Shown piece after piece: positions 1 to 9,914 of a DNA stretch of 64,000 nt. The translations under genes were made by a program, and so were the position numbers. The notes beneath the pieces were generated by a model, which saw nothing but the letters and a program-made list of their open reading frames with translations, was not told the origin of the DNA and ran no database searches. Within the stretch, counting starts at the first letter, position 1. Every line of letters begins with the position of its first letter. Source of the stretch: Candidatus Eiseniibacteriota bacterium (GTDB lineage: Bacteria > Eisenbacteria > RBG-16-71-46); NCBI GenBank assembly GCA_963717935.1, contig CAVQXP010000004.1, forward strand, positions 1,472,001-1,536,000. The letters run 5' to 3'.

Positions 1-1
1 C

Positions 2-1411
2 AACGCCGTCAGCCTGATCCTCGGGCTCGGCTACATCACGGGGCTGCGGTTCTCGGCCATCATCTGTGCCGGCGGGTTCTTCTCCGCCCTCATCGTGGTG
101 CCGCTCATCTACCACTTCGGGCAGCACATTCCGGCACTCATGATCCCGCCGTCCCCGTTGCCCGGTTTCAGCACCTTCATCCCCGAGATGAGCGCGAACG
201 AGATCTTCCGTCTCTATGCCCAGCGCATCGGCGTGGGTGCCATGGCGGGGGCGGGGATCATCGGCATCATCCGGGCCCTGCCGACCATCGTCCGGGCCTT
301 CTCGCTGGGCTTCCAGCAGGTCTTCCAGCCCCACGCGCACGCCGACAGCGTGCCCCGCACCGACCGCGACTTCAAGATGAGCACGGTGCTGGGCGGGATC
401 GTGCTGTGCGCCATCGCCATCGGCCTGTTCTTCTACGTCCTGCTGAGCAAGGGCGATCCCGCGGTGGCCTCGAAGGCGCCGCAGATCGCGCTCACCGGGC
501 TGGCGATCGCCTTCATCTTCGCCTTCCTGTTCACCACCGTCGCCGCGCTCGCCACGGCGATGACCGGCAACAACCCGATCTCCGGCATGACACTGGTCAC
601 GCTCATCATCGGATCGAGCGCGCTGGTCGCGGTCGGCCTGCAGGGCGAGTTCGGCAAGTACGCCGCGATCGTGATGGGCGCGGTGGTCTGCACGTCGCTC
701 TCGATGGCCGGTGGGTTCGTCACCGACCTCAAGGTGGGCTACTGGCTGGGCTCGACGCCGCGCAATCAGCAGATCTCGAAGGTGATCGGGACGCTGTTCG
801 CGGCGGTCGGTGTGGCGCTGACGGTGCTGCTGATCCACAAGGCCTACGGGCACGCCGACCCGGCGACCGGCAAGTTCATCTCCGGGTTCATGAACACGGC
901 GATCGTGCCGGCGCCGCAGGCCAACCTGTTCGCGACCATCCTGGGCGGCATCTTCGACAAGGCTCCGGTCACCTGGCTGCTCTACTCGGTCGGGCTGGTG
1001 CTCTCGCTGCTGCTCGTGATGATGGGCATCCCGCCGCTGGCGTTCGCGATCGGCATGTACCTGCCGCTGCAGATCAACACGCCGCTCTTCATCGGTGGCC
1101 TGATCTCGCACTGGGTCGGCAAGTCCAGCAAGGACCCGAAGCTCTCGGAGGCCCGGTCCCAGCGGGGCACGCTGCTGGCGAGCGGCTTCATCGCGGGCGG
1201 GGCCCTGATGGGGGTCGTGGGCGCCCTGCTCAACCTCATCAGGACGAAGATCCCGAACCCCGAGGTGCCCGGGGACTTCAAGGCGCTGGCCATGCTGGTC
1301 GACCTGAAGGTCCCGGATCACTATGCGACCGCGGCGCAGGTCATCTCGATCGTGATGTTCGTCGGGCTCTGCCTGTTCCTGTACCTCGACTCGCGGCGCG
1401 CGAAGGCGTAG
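2..1411 (+). CDS. OPT-family oligopeptide transporter (5' truncated by window edge)
   Basis: Frame is open from position 2; many TM segments; NNPISGMTL, DLKVGYWLG, PAPQA and GMYLP motifs. Confidence 0.9.
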   Translation, partial: NAVSLILGLGYITGLRFSAIICAGGFFSALIVVPLIYHFGQHIPALMIPPSPLPGFSTFIPEMSANEIFRLYAQRIGVGAMAGAGIIGIIRALPTIVRAFSLGFQQVFQPHAHADSVPRTDRDFKMSTVLGGIVLCAIAIGLFFYVLLSKGDPAVASKAPQIALTGLAIAFIFAFLFTTVAALATAMTGNNPISGMTLVTLIIGSSALVAVGLQGEFGKYAAIVMGAVVCTSLSMAGGFVTDLKVGYWLGSTPRNQQISKVIGTLFAAVGVALTVLLIHKAYGHADPATGKFISGFMNTAIVPAPQANLFATILGGIFDKAPVTWLLYSVGLVLSLLLVMMGIPPLAFAIGMYLPLQINTPLFIGGLISHWVGKSSKDPKLSEARSQRGTLLASGFIAGGALMGVVGALLNLIRTKIPNPEVPGDFKALAMLVDLKVPDHYATAAQVISIVMFVGLCLFLYLDSRRAKA

Positions 1412-1427
1412 CGACCACGATCATCCA

Positions 1428-1461
1428 GCCGGCCGCGGTCCCCCCGGGGGCCGCGGCCGGC
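1428..1461. terminator. GC-rich hairpin between convergent genes
   Basis: gccggccgcggtc...ggccgcggccggc inverted repeat; no U-tract. Confidence 0.5.
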
Positions 1462-1609
1462 GCTCGTGGCGCCGGGTGCGCGGTCCGCGCGGTAGCCTGA
1501 GATGACGGCGGCGGAACTTGCACGGACCGGAGGCCGGCCGAGTACGGGCACGCTCGCGACCCACCCTCGGTGGGTGCCCGGGCCCATGCAGGCTCCGCCG
1601 CGTGCGGGG

Positions 1610-2104
1610 CTACTTCTCCTTCGTCCCCTCGAAGTGGCCCGTGGAGCGGTTCTTCCTCACGTCGTCCCAGTCGAAGCAGCACCCGTTCATGACGACGTAG
1701 ACGCCGTGCGGCAGGGTCTGGACGAAGGCGAGCGCGCTGCCGAGATTGAAGAGCCCGTCGGAGCTGCCGAAGGTGTAGGGCACCATGGCGCCCGTGAGCA
1801 CGATCGTCTTGTCCCTGATGCGCTCACCGAGGTAGCGGGCGGTCTCGGTCATCGTGTCGGTGCCGTGGCTGATGACGATCCGCTCGCGGGCGGACTCGGC
1901 GCAGCTCTTCAGGATCACCTCCCGGTCCACCTCGCTCATCTCGGTGCTGTCGATCATCATCAGCGTACGGAGCTCGAGGTCCAGGCTGCAGCGGCCGAGC
2001 CGGAGCATCTCGCGGACGTGCGTGTCCTTGAAGAAGAGCGCCCCGGTGAGCTCGTCGTACTCCTTGTCGAACGTGCCACCGGTGACGAGAAAGCGGATTT
2101 CCAT
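1610..2104 (-). CDS. Asparaginase N-terminal-domain-only protein
   Basis: TGGT and HGTDTM motifs; AAGGAGGT RBS before ATG 2104; TTGACA upstream at 2154-2159. Confidence 0.85.
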   Translation of the reverse strand: MEIRFLVTGGTFDKEYDELTGALFFKDTHVREMLRLGRCSLDLELRTLMMIDSTEMSEVDREVILKSCAESARERIVISHGTDTMTETARYLGERIRDKTIVLTGAMVPYTFGSSDGLFNLGSALAFVQTLPHGVYVVMNGCCFDWDDVRKNRSTGHFEGTKEK

Positions 2105-2319
2105 GGCCCGGACCTCCTTCGTGGGGCTCTCAGTACCCACCGCCGGGCGCTCCTGTCAAGTGGCGACCGGCCGGGGCCGGGTTGCGGGCGGGCGGGCAGC
2201 GGTGGCAAACTGACGCTGAGGAAGCAGACTCTCGCTGGAGGAAGCTTCCGGCTGGACGCAGGCCCCAAGTGACGCGAGTGCAGTTTATCCCCCATCGATC
2301 GCTCGGGCTGGAGGTTGCG

Positions 2320-3051
2320 GTGGCAGGGAAGGTCGAGCTCTTTGGCGTGTCGGTCGATCTGTTGACGATCGATGAGACCGTAGAGCGTTGCCAGGAGCTG
2401 ATCGAGTCGCGACGTCCCGTCCAGCACGCCTTCATCAATGCGGCCGTGACCGTGATGATGGAGGACGTTCCGGGCTACCGCGAGATCCTCGCGGGCTGCG
2501 ACATCGTGAATGCGGACGGTCAGTCGATCGTCTGGGCGGCCCGGCTCCTGGGAGTGGCCTTGCCGGGGCGCGTGGCCGGCCCCGACCTGATGGATCGGCT
2601 CCTCGAGCTGGCGGAGTGCAGGGGGTACTCGGTCTACTTCCTCGGGGCCAGGGCCGAGGTGCTGAAGGAGTTCGAGATCGCCATGCTGAAACTGCACCCG
2701 CGCCTCCAGGTCGCCGGGCGGCACCATGGCTACTTCGACGATGATGCAGCGGTCGCCGACGACATCCGCGGATCCGGTGCCCGGCTCGTCTTCGTCGCGA
2801 TCTCCAGCCCCCGCAAGGAATGCTTCCTGTCGCAGAACCTCGCCCGGATGGGTCCCCTCTTCGCGATGGGCGTCGGGGGCAGCTTCGACCTGTGGGCAGG
2901 AAGGACGCGGCGCGCTCCCCATTGGATGCAGAACGCAGGCCTGGAGTGGCTCTTCCGCCTGATCCAGGAACCCCGCAGGATGTGGAAGCGCTACCTCATC
3001 GGCAATGCGAGGTTCCTCGGGCTGACCTTCAGGGCATGGTGGCGCTCGTAG
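2320..3051 (+). CDS. WecB/TagA/CpsF family glycosyltransferase
   Basis: ADGQSIVWA, RVAGPDL, GVGGSFD, RAP..MQ..GLEW.FRL.QEP.R motifs; start chosen at GTG after GGAGG. Confidence 0.9.
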   Translation: MAGKVELFGVSVDLLTIDETVERCQELIESRRPVQHAFINAAVTVMMEDVPGYREILAGCDIVNADGQSIVWAARLLGVALPGRVAGPDLMDRLLELAECRGYSVYFLGARAEVLKEFEIAMLKLHPRLQVAGRHHGYFDDDAAVADDIRGSGARLVFVAISSPRKECFLSQNLARMGPLFAMGVGGSFDLWAGRTRRAPHWMQNAGLEWLFRLIQEPRRMWKRYLIGNARFLGLTFRAWWRS

Positions 3052-3136
3052 CGCGGCAGGGTCCGGTGCGGAGGATGGTCGTCCTCGTGGCCGGGCGCGC
3101 GCGGCCACAGCCGCCGGTGAGGAGGCGAAGGGGCAT

Positions 3137-4240
3137 ATGCGCGTCCTGATGCTCACGGCCTTCCCCACGATCGGTGGCCCGCTGCCCAAGCTGGCCCCTC
3201 TCGTGGCGGACGGGCTTTCTCGCTGCGGCTGCGAGGTCGTGATCGAAGGATGGAGTACCCACCGCGCCGGTCGCGAGTCCCTGGTCGCGAAGCTGTTCGG
3301 GCGTTCCGCCGACCTGTTGCGGGTGCAGCGACGCATCCGGGAGTGGCGACCAGACGTCATCTACGTGGCGACGGCTCACAACTGGCCGGCTCTGCTGCGG
3401 GACGTGCCGCTTGCCCTGACGGTGGCTCGCGGCCGTCCGCCCCTGGTCGTGCATCTTCACGGCAGTGAATCCGATCGGCTCGGGACCCGCGGGAACGCGC
3501 TGTTCAAGGCGTGTTCGGCATACGTCGCACGGCGCTCCGCCGCAGTGCTCCTCCTCTCCACCGAAGAACAGCGCGAGTGGATGGCGTTCTTCCCGCAGGG
3601 GCGGTTCGAGGTGGTCGACAACCCATTCGTTCCGACCGCTGCTCGACCTGTGTCGGACACCGCTGCGGCCGCCGATTCCCGCCCGCCCGTTCTCCTCACC
3701 GTGGCCCGATTGATCGCGCAGAAGGGCGTATTCGACCTGCTGGACGCGTTCGCGACGGTGCATCGGCGACGGCCGGCCCGGCTGCTGATCGCGGGGACCG
3801 GGCCAGCCGCAGACGACCTGCGGCACCGGATCCGACTCCTGGGTCTTGACGGATCGGTCGATCTGCTGGGCTACGTCAGCGGCGTCGATCTGGACCGCGC
3901 TTACCGCGATGCCACGGTCTTCGTGCTGCCGACCTATTTCGCCGAGGGCTTTCCGCTGGCGGTCATGGAGGCCATGAGCTACGGACTCCCGGTCGTGACC
4001 ACCGCGATTCGTGGCTGCGCCGACCATCTGCGCCCCGGCGAGAACGCCGTGTTCGTGCCGGCGCGTGATCCGGAGACGCTGGCCCGCGAGCTCGAGAGGC
4101 TGCTCGACGACGACGCCTTGCGACGGCGTATGGGCGCGGCCAATCGCGACAAGGTCGCCGACTTCGCGCCGGACAGCGTCATGCCGCGCTATGCCGAGAT
4201 CCTGCGCAGCGTCGCGACGGGCAGGAAGGGTGGAGCGTGA
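3137..4240 (+). CDS. Glycosyltransferase family 4
   Basis: RL...KG and EGFPLAVMEAMSYGLPVV motifs. Confidence 0.9.
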   Translation: MRVLMLTAFPTIGGPLPKLAPLVADGLSRCGCEVVIEGWSTHRAGRESLVAKLFGRSADLLRVQRRIREWRPDVIYVATAHNWPALLRDVPLALTVARGRPPLVVHLHGSESDRLGTRGNALFKACSAYVARRSAAVLLLSTEEQREWMAFFPQGRFEVVDNPFVPTAARPVSDTAAAADSRPPVLLTVARLIAQKGVFDLLDAFATVHRRRPARLLIAGTGPAADDLRHRIRLLGLDGSVDLLGYVSGVDLDRAYRDATVFVLPTYFAEGFPLAVMEAMSYGLPVVTTAIRGCADHLRPGENAVFVPARDPETLARELERLLDDDALRRRMGAANRDKVADFAPDSVMPRYAEILRSVATGRKGGA

Positions 4241-4575
4241 ACCTCGGCGGGACCGCGGTTCTCACGGCTCGCGTGCCGCCGATCGGCGGGGAACTCGCGG
4301 GGGTGGGCGGGGGCGTGAGGCCGCGTCTCTGAGCGACGGTCCGGGCTAGTGCAGCACGACGCGCGTGGCGGCCTGACGGCCTGCCAGACGGGCACGCACG
4401 AGGTACGTGCCGGGAGCCGGCGCGGTGGCCGCCGCCGCGGGGCATCTACCTAGCCCGCGGCGGCCACTTGCAGCGCCTGGTGCGGATCGTGCGGCTGCGG
4501 TAGGGGATCGTCGACCTCTCCATCCCGCGTGGCCCGCTGGCTTCCGCCACGCGTTCGGGGCATCCTGCCTGCCCC

Positions 4576-5982
4576 ATGGCCGCTCCTTCCAGCATCCCGG
4601 CGCGCGTGCGCGCCCACCACCTGTTCCCGACGCGGGACGATCTGCAGCGCCTCTGGTCGCTGGCGGCGCCCGTCGTGGTGGTCCAGCTGGGCATGATGCT
4701 CATGGGGGTCGTGACCACCGTCATGGTGGGCCACGTCTCGGCCGCCGACCTTGCGGCTGCGGCACTGGGCAACCTCTGCGTCGTCTGGCTGACCCTCGGC
4801 GGCTGGGGCACGCTGATGAGCCTCGACCCGATCGTGGCGCAGGCGCACGGGGCGGACGATCGCGAGGGCGTGGCCCGCGGGGTCCAGCGGGGCCTGGTGC
4901 TGGCCACGGTGGCGGGGGTCGTGACCGCGCTCTTCTTCCTCCCGGTGCGGCCCGTGCTCATCCTCCTGCGCCAGCCCGCGGACGTCGTGCCGCTCGCGGC
5001 GCGCTACGTCGAGGTCTCGATCCCCGGGATCTTCCCGTTCTTCTTCTTCCTGGTGCTGCGGCAGAGCCTGCAGGCGATGGCGCGCATGCGCGCCATCGTG
5101 ATCACCATCCTGGGCGCGAACGCGCTCAACGCGGCGCTGGGGTGGGCGCTCATCTTCGGACACCTGGGCAGCCCGGCTCTGGGCGCGGTGGGAGCGGGGC
5201 TCGCCGCCACCGTGAGCCGTTTCGCGCTGGCGCTGGGCCTGCTCGCGCTCGCCTGGCGCGAACTGCGGCCGCTCCTGCTGCCCCTCCGGCGCGAAGCGCT
5301 CGATCGGGCCGCGCTCGCGCGCATGGCGCACCTGGGGTTCCCGATCGGCCTGCAGATGCAGCTCGAGTACGGGATCTTCGCCCTCGTGGCCCTGCTCATG
5401 GGCCGGCTCGGCACGGTGCCCATGGCGGCGCACCAGATCGCCCTCACCGTGGCTTCGGTCACCTTCATGGTGCCGCAGGGCATCGGCGGGGCGGCGGCCG
5501 TGCTGGTCGGGCAGGCCGTGGGCGCGGGCGACGGCGCCCGGGCGCGCCGGGCGGCGGCGGCTTCGCTCGGGGCCGGGGCCGTCTTCATGCTGCTCTGCGG
5601 CCTCGCGCTCACGACCCTCCCGGGGCCGATGGCGCGGCTCTTCTCCACCGAGGCCCCCGTGCTTGCCGTCGCCACGCTGCTCCTGCCCATCGCGGGGGTG
5701 TTCCAGGTCTTCGACGGGATCCAGGTGGTCTCGATCGGGGTCCTGCGCGGCGTGGGGGACACCCGTGCCCCCGTGCTCCTGAACGTGCTCGGCTTCTGGC
5801 TCATCGGGCTGCCGGCCAGCCTGTGGTTCGGCTTCGGGCTCGGCGGGGGCGCGGCCGGGCTGTGGTGGGGGCTCGTGGTCGGTCTCGTGGTGGTCGCCCT
5901 GTCCCTGCTGGCGCGCGTGCGCCAGCGGTTGAGGCGCTCGCTGGCCCGGGTCGTCGTGGACGGGGCTCCGGCGCCGGTCTGA
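4576..5982 (+). CDS. MATE family efflux transporter (NorM-like)
   Basis: About 12 TM segments; AAHQIA, FDGIQ....GVLRG.GDT and GLW.GL motifs. Confidence 0.9.
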   Translation: MAAPSSIPARVRAHHLFPTRDDLQRLWSLAAPVVVVQLGMMLMGVVTTVMVGHVSAADLAAAALGNLCVVWLTLGGWGTLMSLDPIVAQAHGADDREGVARGVQRGLVLATVAGVVTALFFLPVRPVLILLRQPADVVPLAARYVEVSIPGIFPFFFFLVLRQSLQAMARMRAIVITILGANALNAALGWALIFGHLGSPALGAVGAGLAATVSRFALALGLLALAWRELRPLLLPLRREALDRAALARMAHLGFPIGLQMQLEYGIFALVALLMGRLGTVPMAAHQIALTVASVTFMVPQGIGGAAAVLVGQAVGAGDGARARRAAAASLGAGAVFMLLCGLALTTLPGPMARLFSTEAPVLAVATLLLPIAGVFQVFDGIQVVSIGVLRGVGDTRAPVLLNVLGFWLIGLPASLWFGFGLGGGAAGLWWGLVVGLVVVALSLLARVRQRLRRSLARVVVDGAPAPV

Positions 5983-6010
5983 GCGCTCGCCGCGCTCGCC
6001 TAAGTAGTGC

Positions 6011-6039
6011 TTGCGCAAGGGAATCCTGACGGCTAACCT
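6011..6039 (+). promoter_or_regulatory. Putative sigma70 promoter for OPT-pepD
   Basis: TTGCGC-N17-TAACCT. Confidence 0.5.
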
Positions 6040-6183
6040 GCCTCGTTCCCTGGGGAGTCCCGTCCGGGACGGATGAACTCCCTGCTGTCGAAGAGCGCCC
6101 CACCGGCACTGGGTCCCGTGCTCCGGGATGGACCAGGCTCGCGCCGGCCGCCTGCCGCAGCTCGTTCGTATGGAGGAGCGACA

Positions 6184-8220
6184 ATGGAGGAGCAGAAGAG
6201 CAAGTCCTACGTCCCGGCCACCTCGACCATGCGGGAAGTCTCGATCAAGGCGCTGTTGATCGGCCTGGTCATGTGCGTGGTGCTGGGCGCGGCCAATGCC
6301 TACCTCGGCCTGAAGGCAGGGATGACCATCGCGGCCACCTACCCGGCGGCCGTCATCGGCATGGCGCTGCTCAAGGTCTGGAAGGGCACGATCCTCGAGG
6401 AGAACTACGCGCGAACCGTCGGGTCGATCGGCGAGTCGGTGGCTGCGGGCGCGATCTTCACGCTCCCGGCCTTCCTGATCGCGGGCGTGTGGACGGAGTT
6501 CTGGACCCCGCAGCACTACTTCGAGGCCAGCGCGATCCTGCTGATCGGCGGCATCCTGGGCATCCTCTTCGTCACCATCCTGCGGCGCGTGATGGTCGAG
6601 GACAAGGAACTCCCGTTCCCCGAGTCCGTGGCGGCGGCCGAGATCCACAAGGCCGGGCAGGGCGGACAGACCGGGGCGAAGTTCCTGTTCTACGCGATGG
6701 GCCTGGGCGCCCTCATCCAGGCGATGCGGTCGCTGAACGTCTTCGCCTCGAGCTGGGAGCGCTTCATCTCCTTCGCCGGGAAGAAGATCACGCTGGGCAA
6801 CGGCGCCTCGGTGCAGGCCGGCGGCGGCGCGCTCATCACGACGCCGGGCGTGAGCCCGGCCTACATGGGCGTGGGCTACATCATCGGGCCCAAACTCGCG
6901 GCGCTGAACTTCACCGGCGGGCTGCTGGCCTGGGGCCTGTTCGTGCCGCTGCTCCTGTATTTCAACGGGCCGCAACTCGCGGCCTCGCTGCAGGGCACGG
7001 GAGTGGACCTCGCCGCCCACGACACCTGGGTGACGATGGCCAACCAGGTCTGGCGCGGCATCGTGCGCCCGATCGCCATCGGCGGCATGCTCATGAGCGC
7101 GGCCTACACGCTCTTCCGCATGCGCAAGAGCCTGGGCTCGGGTCTGTCGCGCGCCATGGGAGACGTCAAGAAGGCCGCAGTCGGCAAGCACGACGTGGTG
7201 CGCACCGACCGTGACCTGCCCTTCAACTGGGTGTTCGTCGGCATCCTGCTCTGCATGATCGCGGTCTTCGCCATCTACCTCTACTTCACGCACCACGTCA
7301 CCGCGGCCCTGGTGGCCACCATCGTGATGGTCATCGCCGGCTTCTTCTTCTCCGCCGTCTCGGGAAACCTGGTCGGGCTGATCGGATCGAGCAACAACCC
7401 GATCAGCGGCCTGACCATCTCCACGCTCATCATCGCCGCGCTGCTGATGGTCGCGCTCGGCGTGAGCGGGATGCCCGGCGTGGCCGCGGTGCTCGGCGTG
7501 GCGGCGATCGCCTGCGTCACGGCCGCAGTCGCCGGCGAGATGCTGCAGGACCTCAAGGTCGGGCACATCCTGGGCGGCACGCCCTGGAAGATGCAGCTCG
7601 GCGACATGGTCGGCGTGGCGCTGGCCGCGGCCGTGATGTTCATCCCGCTCGTCATCCTCAATCAGGGTGACATCGCGATGGGCGGCACCGGGCTGGGCGG
7701 CAAGGCCTACCCGGCGCCCCAGGCCAGCCTGATGGCGATCCTGGCGAGTGGCATCGTCGGCCACGACATGGCCTGGCCGCTCATCATCGTCGGCATGCTG
7801 ATGGCCTTCGGTTTCATCCTGGTGCAGGTGAGGAGCCCGATGCTGGTGTGCGTCGGCATGTACCTGCCGCTCGAGACCTCGTTCGCCATCTTCGTCGGCG
7901 GGCTCATCAAGGGCGTCTTCGACAGCATCGCCAAGCGCCGCGGGTTCAACGAGGCGCAGACCATCCGGAGCGGCAACAACGGCACGCTGCTCGCCGCCGG
8001 CCTGATCGCCGGGGAGGCGCTCATCGGGCTGCTGTTCGCCGGGCTGGCGGTCGCGAATCTCAAGTACGACACGTGGCTGCCCGGGCTGTCGAACTTCTTC
8101 CCGGCGCCCTTCGGCGTCAGCCTGCTGGTGTTCCTGGTGATCGGCTGGGTGCTGATCCGCGTGCCGCTCGCGAACGCGGGGCGCCCGGAGGATCCGGCGC
8201 CGCCGAGCGCGATGGTCTAG
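6184..8220 (+). CDS. OPT-family oligopeptide transporter
   Basis: YLGLKAG, LPFPE, SNNPISG, DLKVGH, PAPQA motifs; GGAGGAG RBS. Confidence 0.93.
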   Translation: MEEQKSKSYVPATSTMREVSIKALLIGLVMCVVLGAANAYLGLKAGMTIAATYPAAVIGMALLKVWKGTILEENYARTVGSIGESVAAGAIFTLPAFLIAGVWTEFWTPQHYFEASAILLIGGILGILFVTILRRVMVEDKELPFPESVAAAEIHKAGQGGQTGAKFLFYAMGLGALIQAMRSLNVFASSWERFISFAGKKITLGNGASVQAGGGALITTPGVSPAYMGVGYIIGPKLAALNFTGGLLAWGLFVPLLLYFNGPQLAASLQGTGVDLAAHDTWVTMANQVWRGIVRPIAIGGMLMSAAYTLFRMRKSLGSGLSRAMGDVKKAAVGKHDVVRTDRDLPFNWVFVGILLCMIAVFAIYLYFTHHVTAALVATIVMVIAGFFFSAVSGNLVGLIGSSNNPISGLTISTLIIAALLMVALGVSGMPGVAAVLGVAAIACVTAAVAGEMLQDLKVGHILGGTPWKMQLGDMVGVALAAAVMFIPLVILNQGDIAMGGTGLGGKAYPAPQASLMAILASGIVGHDMAWPLIIVGMLMAFGFILVQVRSPMLVCVGMYLPLETSFAIFVGGLIKGVFDSIAKRRGFNEAQTIRSGNNGTLLAAGLIAGEALIGLLFAGLAVANLKYDTWLPGLSNFFPAPFGVSLLVFLVIGWVLIRVPLANAGRPEDPAPPSAMV

Positions 8221-8339
8221 GGATCGAACATAGGGAACCGCGAAGGATCTTCATCGGGAGGACGCGAGGGGGCGGGGCGCGTGACCGGGCGCCCCGGGTC
8301 CCTTCGCGCCTTCCCTGGACCCGAGAAAGGAGCTTGTCT

Positions 8340-9797
8340 GTGTCGAGCGCGATCGAAGGACTGAAGCCTGCCCTGCTCTGGAAGTACTTCGCGGAGATCT
8401 CGAAGATCCCGCGGGGCTCGAAGAACGAGGCGGCGATCACGAAGTACGTGCTGGGAGTGGCGAAGCAGCTCGGGCTCGAGGCCCGGGCCGACAAGTTCGG
8501 CAACGTGGTGGCGCGCAAGCCCGCCTCGCCCGGCCGCGAGCGGGTCCGCACCGTGGTGCTGCAGGGCCACCTCGACATGGTCTGCGAGAAGAACAAGGAC
8601 ACGGTGCACGACTTCCTCAGGGATCCCATCGTGCTCGTGCGCAAGGGCGACGTGCTGATGGCCGACGGCACCACGCTGGGGGCGGACAACGGCGTCGCGG
8701 TGGCGACCAGCCTCGCCATCATGGAGGACCAGAGCCTCGAGCACGGACCGCTCGAGTTCCTGTTCACCGTGGACGAGGAGACCGGTCTGACGGGCGCGAA
8801 CAACCTGGGCCCCGACTTCCTGACCGGCAAGACCCTGCTGAACCTCGATTCCGAGGAGGAGGGCGCGGTCTACGTCGGCTGCTCGGGGGGACGGAACACG
8901 GCGGCGCGCTGGGCCCTGACGACGGACGCGGCGCCGGCGGCGGCGGTGGCGGGGTTGCTCAAGGTCACCGGTCTGCGGGGCGGCCACTCGGGCCTCGAGA
9001 TCGACAAGAACCGCGGCAACTCGATCAAGATCCTGGCGCGCACGCTGTTCGCGCTCTCGGAGCTGGGCGTGCGGATGGCCTCGATCGAGGGCGGCAACAA
9101 GCACAACGCCATCCCGCGCGAGGCCGAAGCGCTGGTGTTCGTGCCGAAGAAGATCTGGCCGGTCGCCGCCGAGCTGGTGGCGAAGTGCCAGGCGACCATC
9201 CGGGCCGAGCTCGGCGTCGCGGACCCCGGCCTGAACCTGACGCTGACCGAGAGCAAGGGCGCGAAGCGCCGCAGCGTGTTCAAGAAGGCCGTGCAGATGA
9301 AGGTGCTGCAGACGCTGGTGGCCCTGCCGCACGGCGTCATCAAGATGAGCTCCGACATCCCCGGCCTGATCGAGACCTCGACCAACGTGGCCACCATCAA
9401 GTCCACGGCCAAGTCGATCGAGCTGGTGAGCAGCCAGCGCAGCTCGGTGGCCTCGGAGATCGACGAGATCTGCGACACGGTGCGCGTCATCCTCGAGCTG
9501 GGCGGCGCCACCGTGAAGCAGTCGGACGGTTACCCGGGCTGGAAGCCGAATATGGACTCCGAGGTGCTCAAGGTCGCCAGGTCCACCTACCAGGCGCTCT
9601 ACGGCAAGTCCGTCGAGGTGAAGGCCATCCACGCCGGTCTCGAGTGCGGCATCATCGGCGAGAAGTACCCCGGGATGGACATGCTCTCCTTCGGGCCGAC
9701 GCTCGAGGGTGTGCACTCGCCGGACGAGAAGATGCACATCAGCACGGTCGAGAAGTACTGGGACTTCCTGATGGGCATCCTGAAGAACGTGAAGTAG
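8340..9797 (+). CDS. pepD: Aminoacyl-histidine dipeptidase (M20)
   Basis: QGHLDMVCEK, TTLGADNG, DEETG, GGHSG, IHAGLECG, HSPDE; GTG start after AAAGGAG. Confidence 0.93.
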   Translation: MSSAIEGLKPALLWKYFAEISKIPRGSKNEAAITKYVLGVAKQLGLEARADKFGNVVARKPASPGRERVRTVVLQGHLDMVCEKNKDTVHDFLRDPIVLVRKGDVLMADGTTLGADNGVAVATSLAIMEDQSLEHGPLEFLFTVDEETGLTGANNLGPDFLTGKTLLNLDSEEEGAVYVGCSGGRNTAARWALTTDAAPAAAVAGLLKVTGLRGGHSGLEIDKNRGNSIKILARTLFALSELGVRMASIEGGNKHNAIPREAEALVFVPKKIWPVAAELVAKCQATIRAELGVADPGLNLTLTESKGAKRRSVFKKAVQMKVLQTLVALPHGVIKMSSDIPGLIETSTNVATIKSTAKSIELVSSQRSSVASEIDEICDTVRVILELGGATVKQSDGYPGWKPNMDSEVLKVARSTYQALYGKSVEVKAIHAGLECGIIGEKYPGMDMLSFGPTLEGVHSPDEKMHISTVEKYWDFLMGILKNVK

Positions 9798-9816
9798 CGA
9801 GGAACGACGCGCGTCC

Positions 9817-9846
9817 CCGGCCCGGGTCAGGTCCGACCCGGGCCGG
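9817..9846 (+). terminator. Hairpin after pepD
   Basis: 12-bp inverted repeat ccggcccgggtc/gacccgggccgg. Confidence 0.45.
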
Positions 9847-9914
9847 CCGCGCGAAGGCCCGGGCGCCGGGCGGTCGCACGCCGCGGCCCCGGACCGCCGA
9901 GCGGAGCGTGTGCG

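Noticed and set aside
2204..2265. GGCAAAC...GGACGCA resembling a c-di-GMP-I riboswitch upstream of the WecG-like gene
   Set aside because: The intervening segment is too long, lacks a GNRA-capped P2, and the downstream consensus is missing
4450..7764. Very long antisense or alternate-frame ORFs (also 12601-15609, 57526-60714, 60644-63172)
   Set aside because: Shadow ORFs expected from high GC3 codon bias; no family motifs
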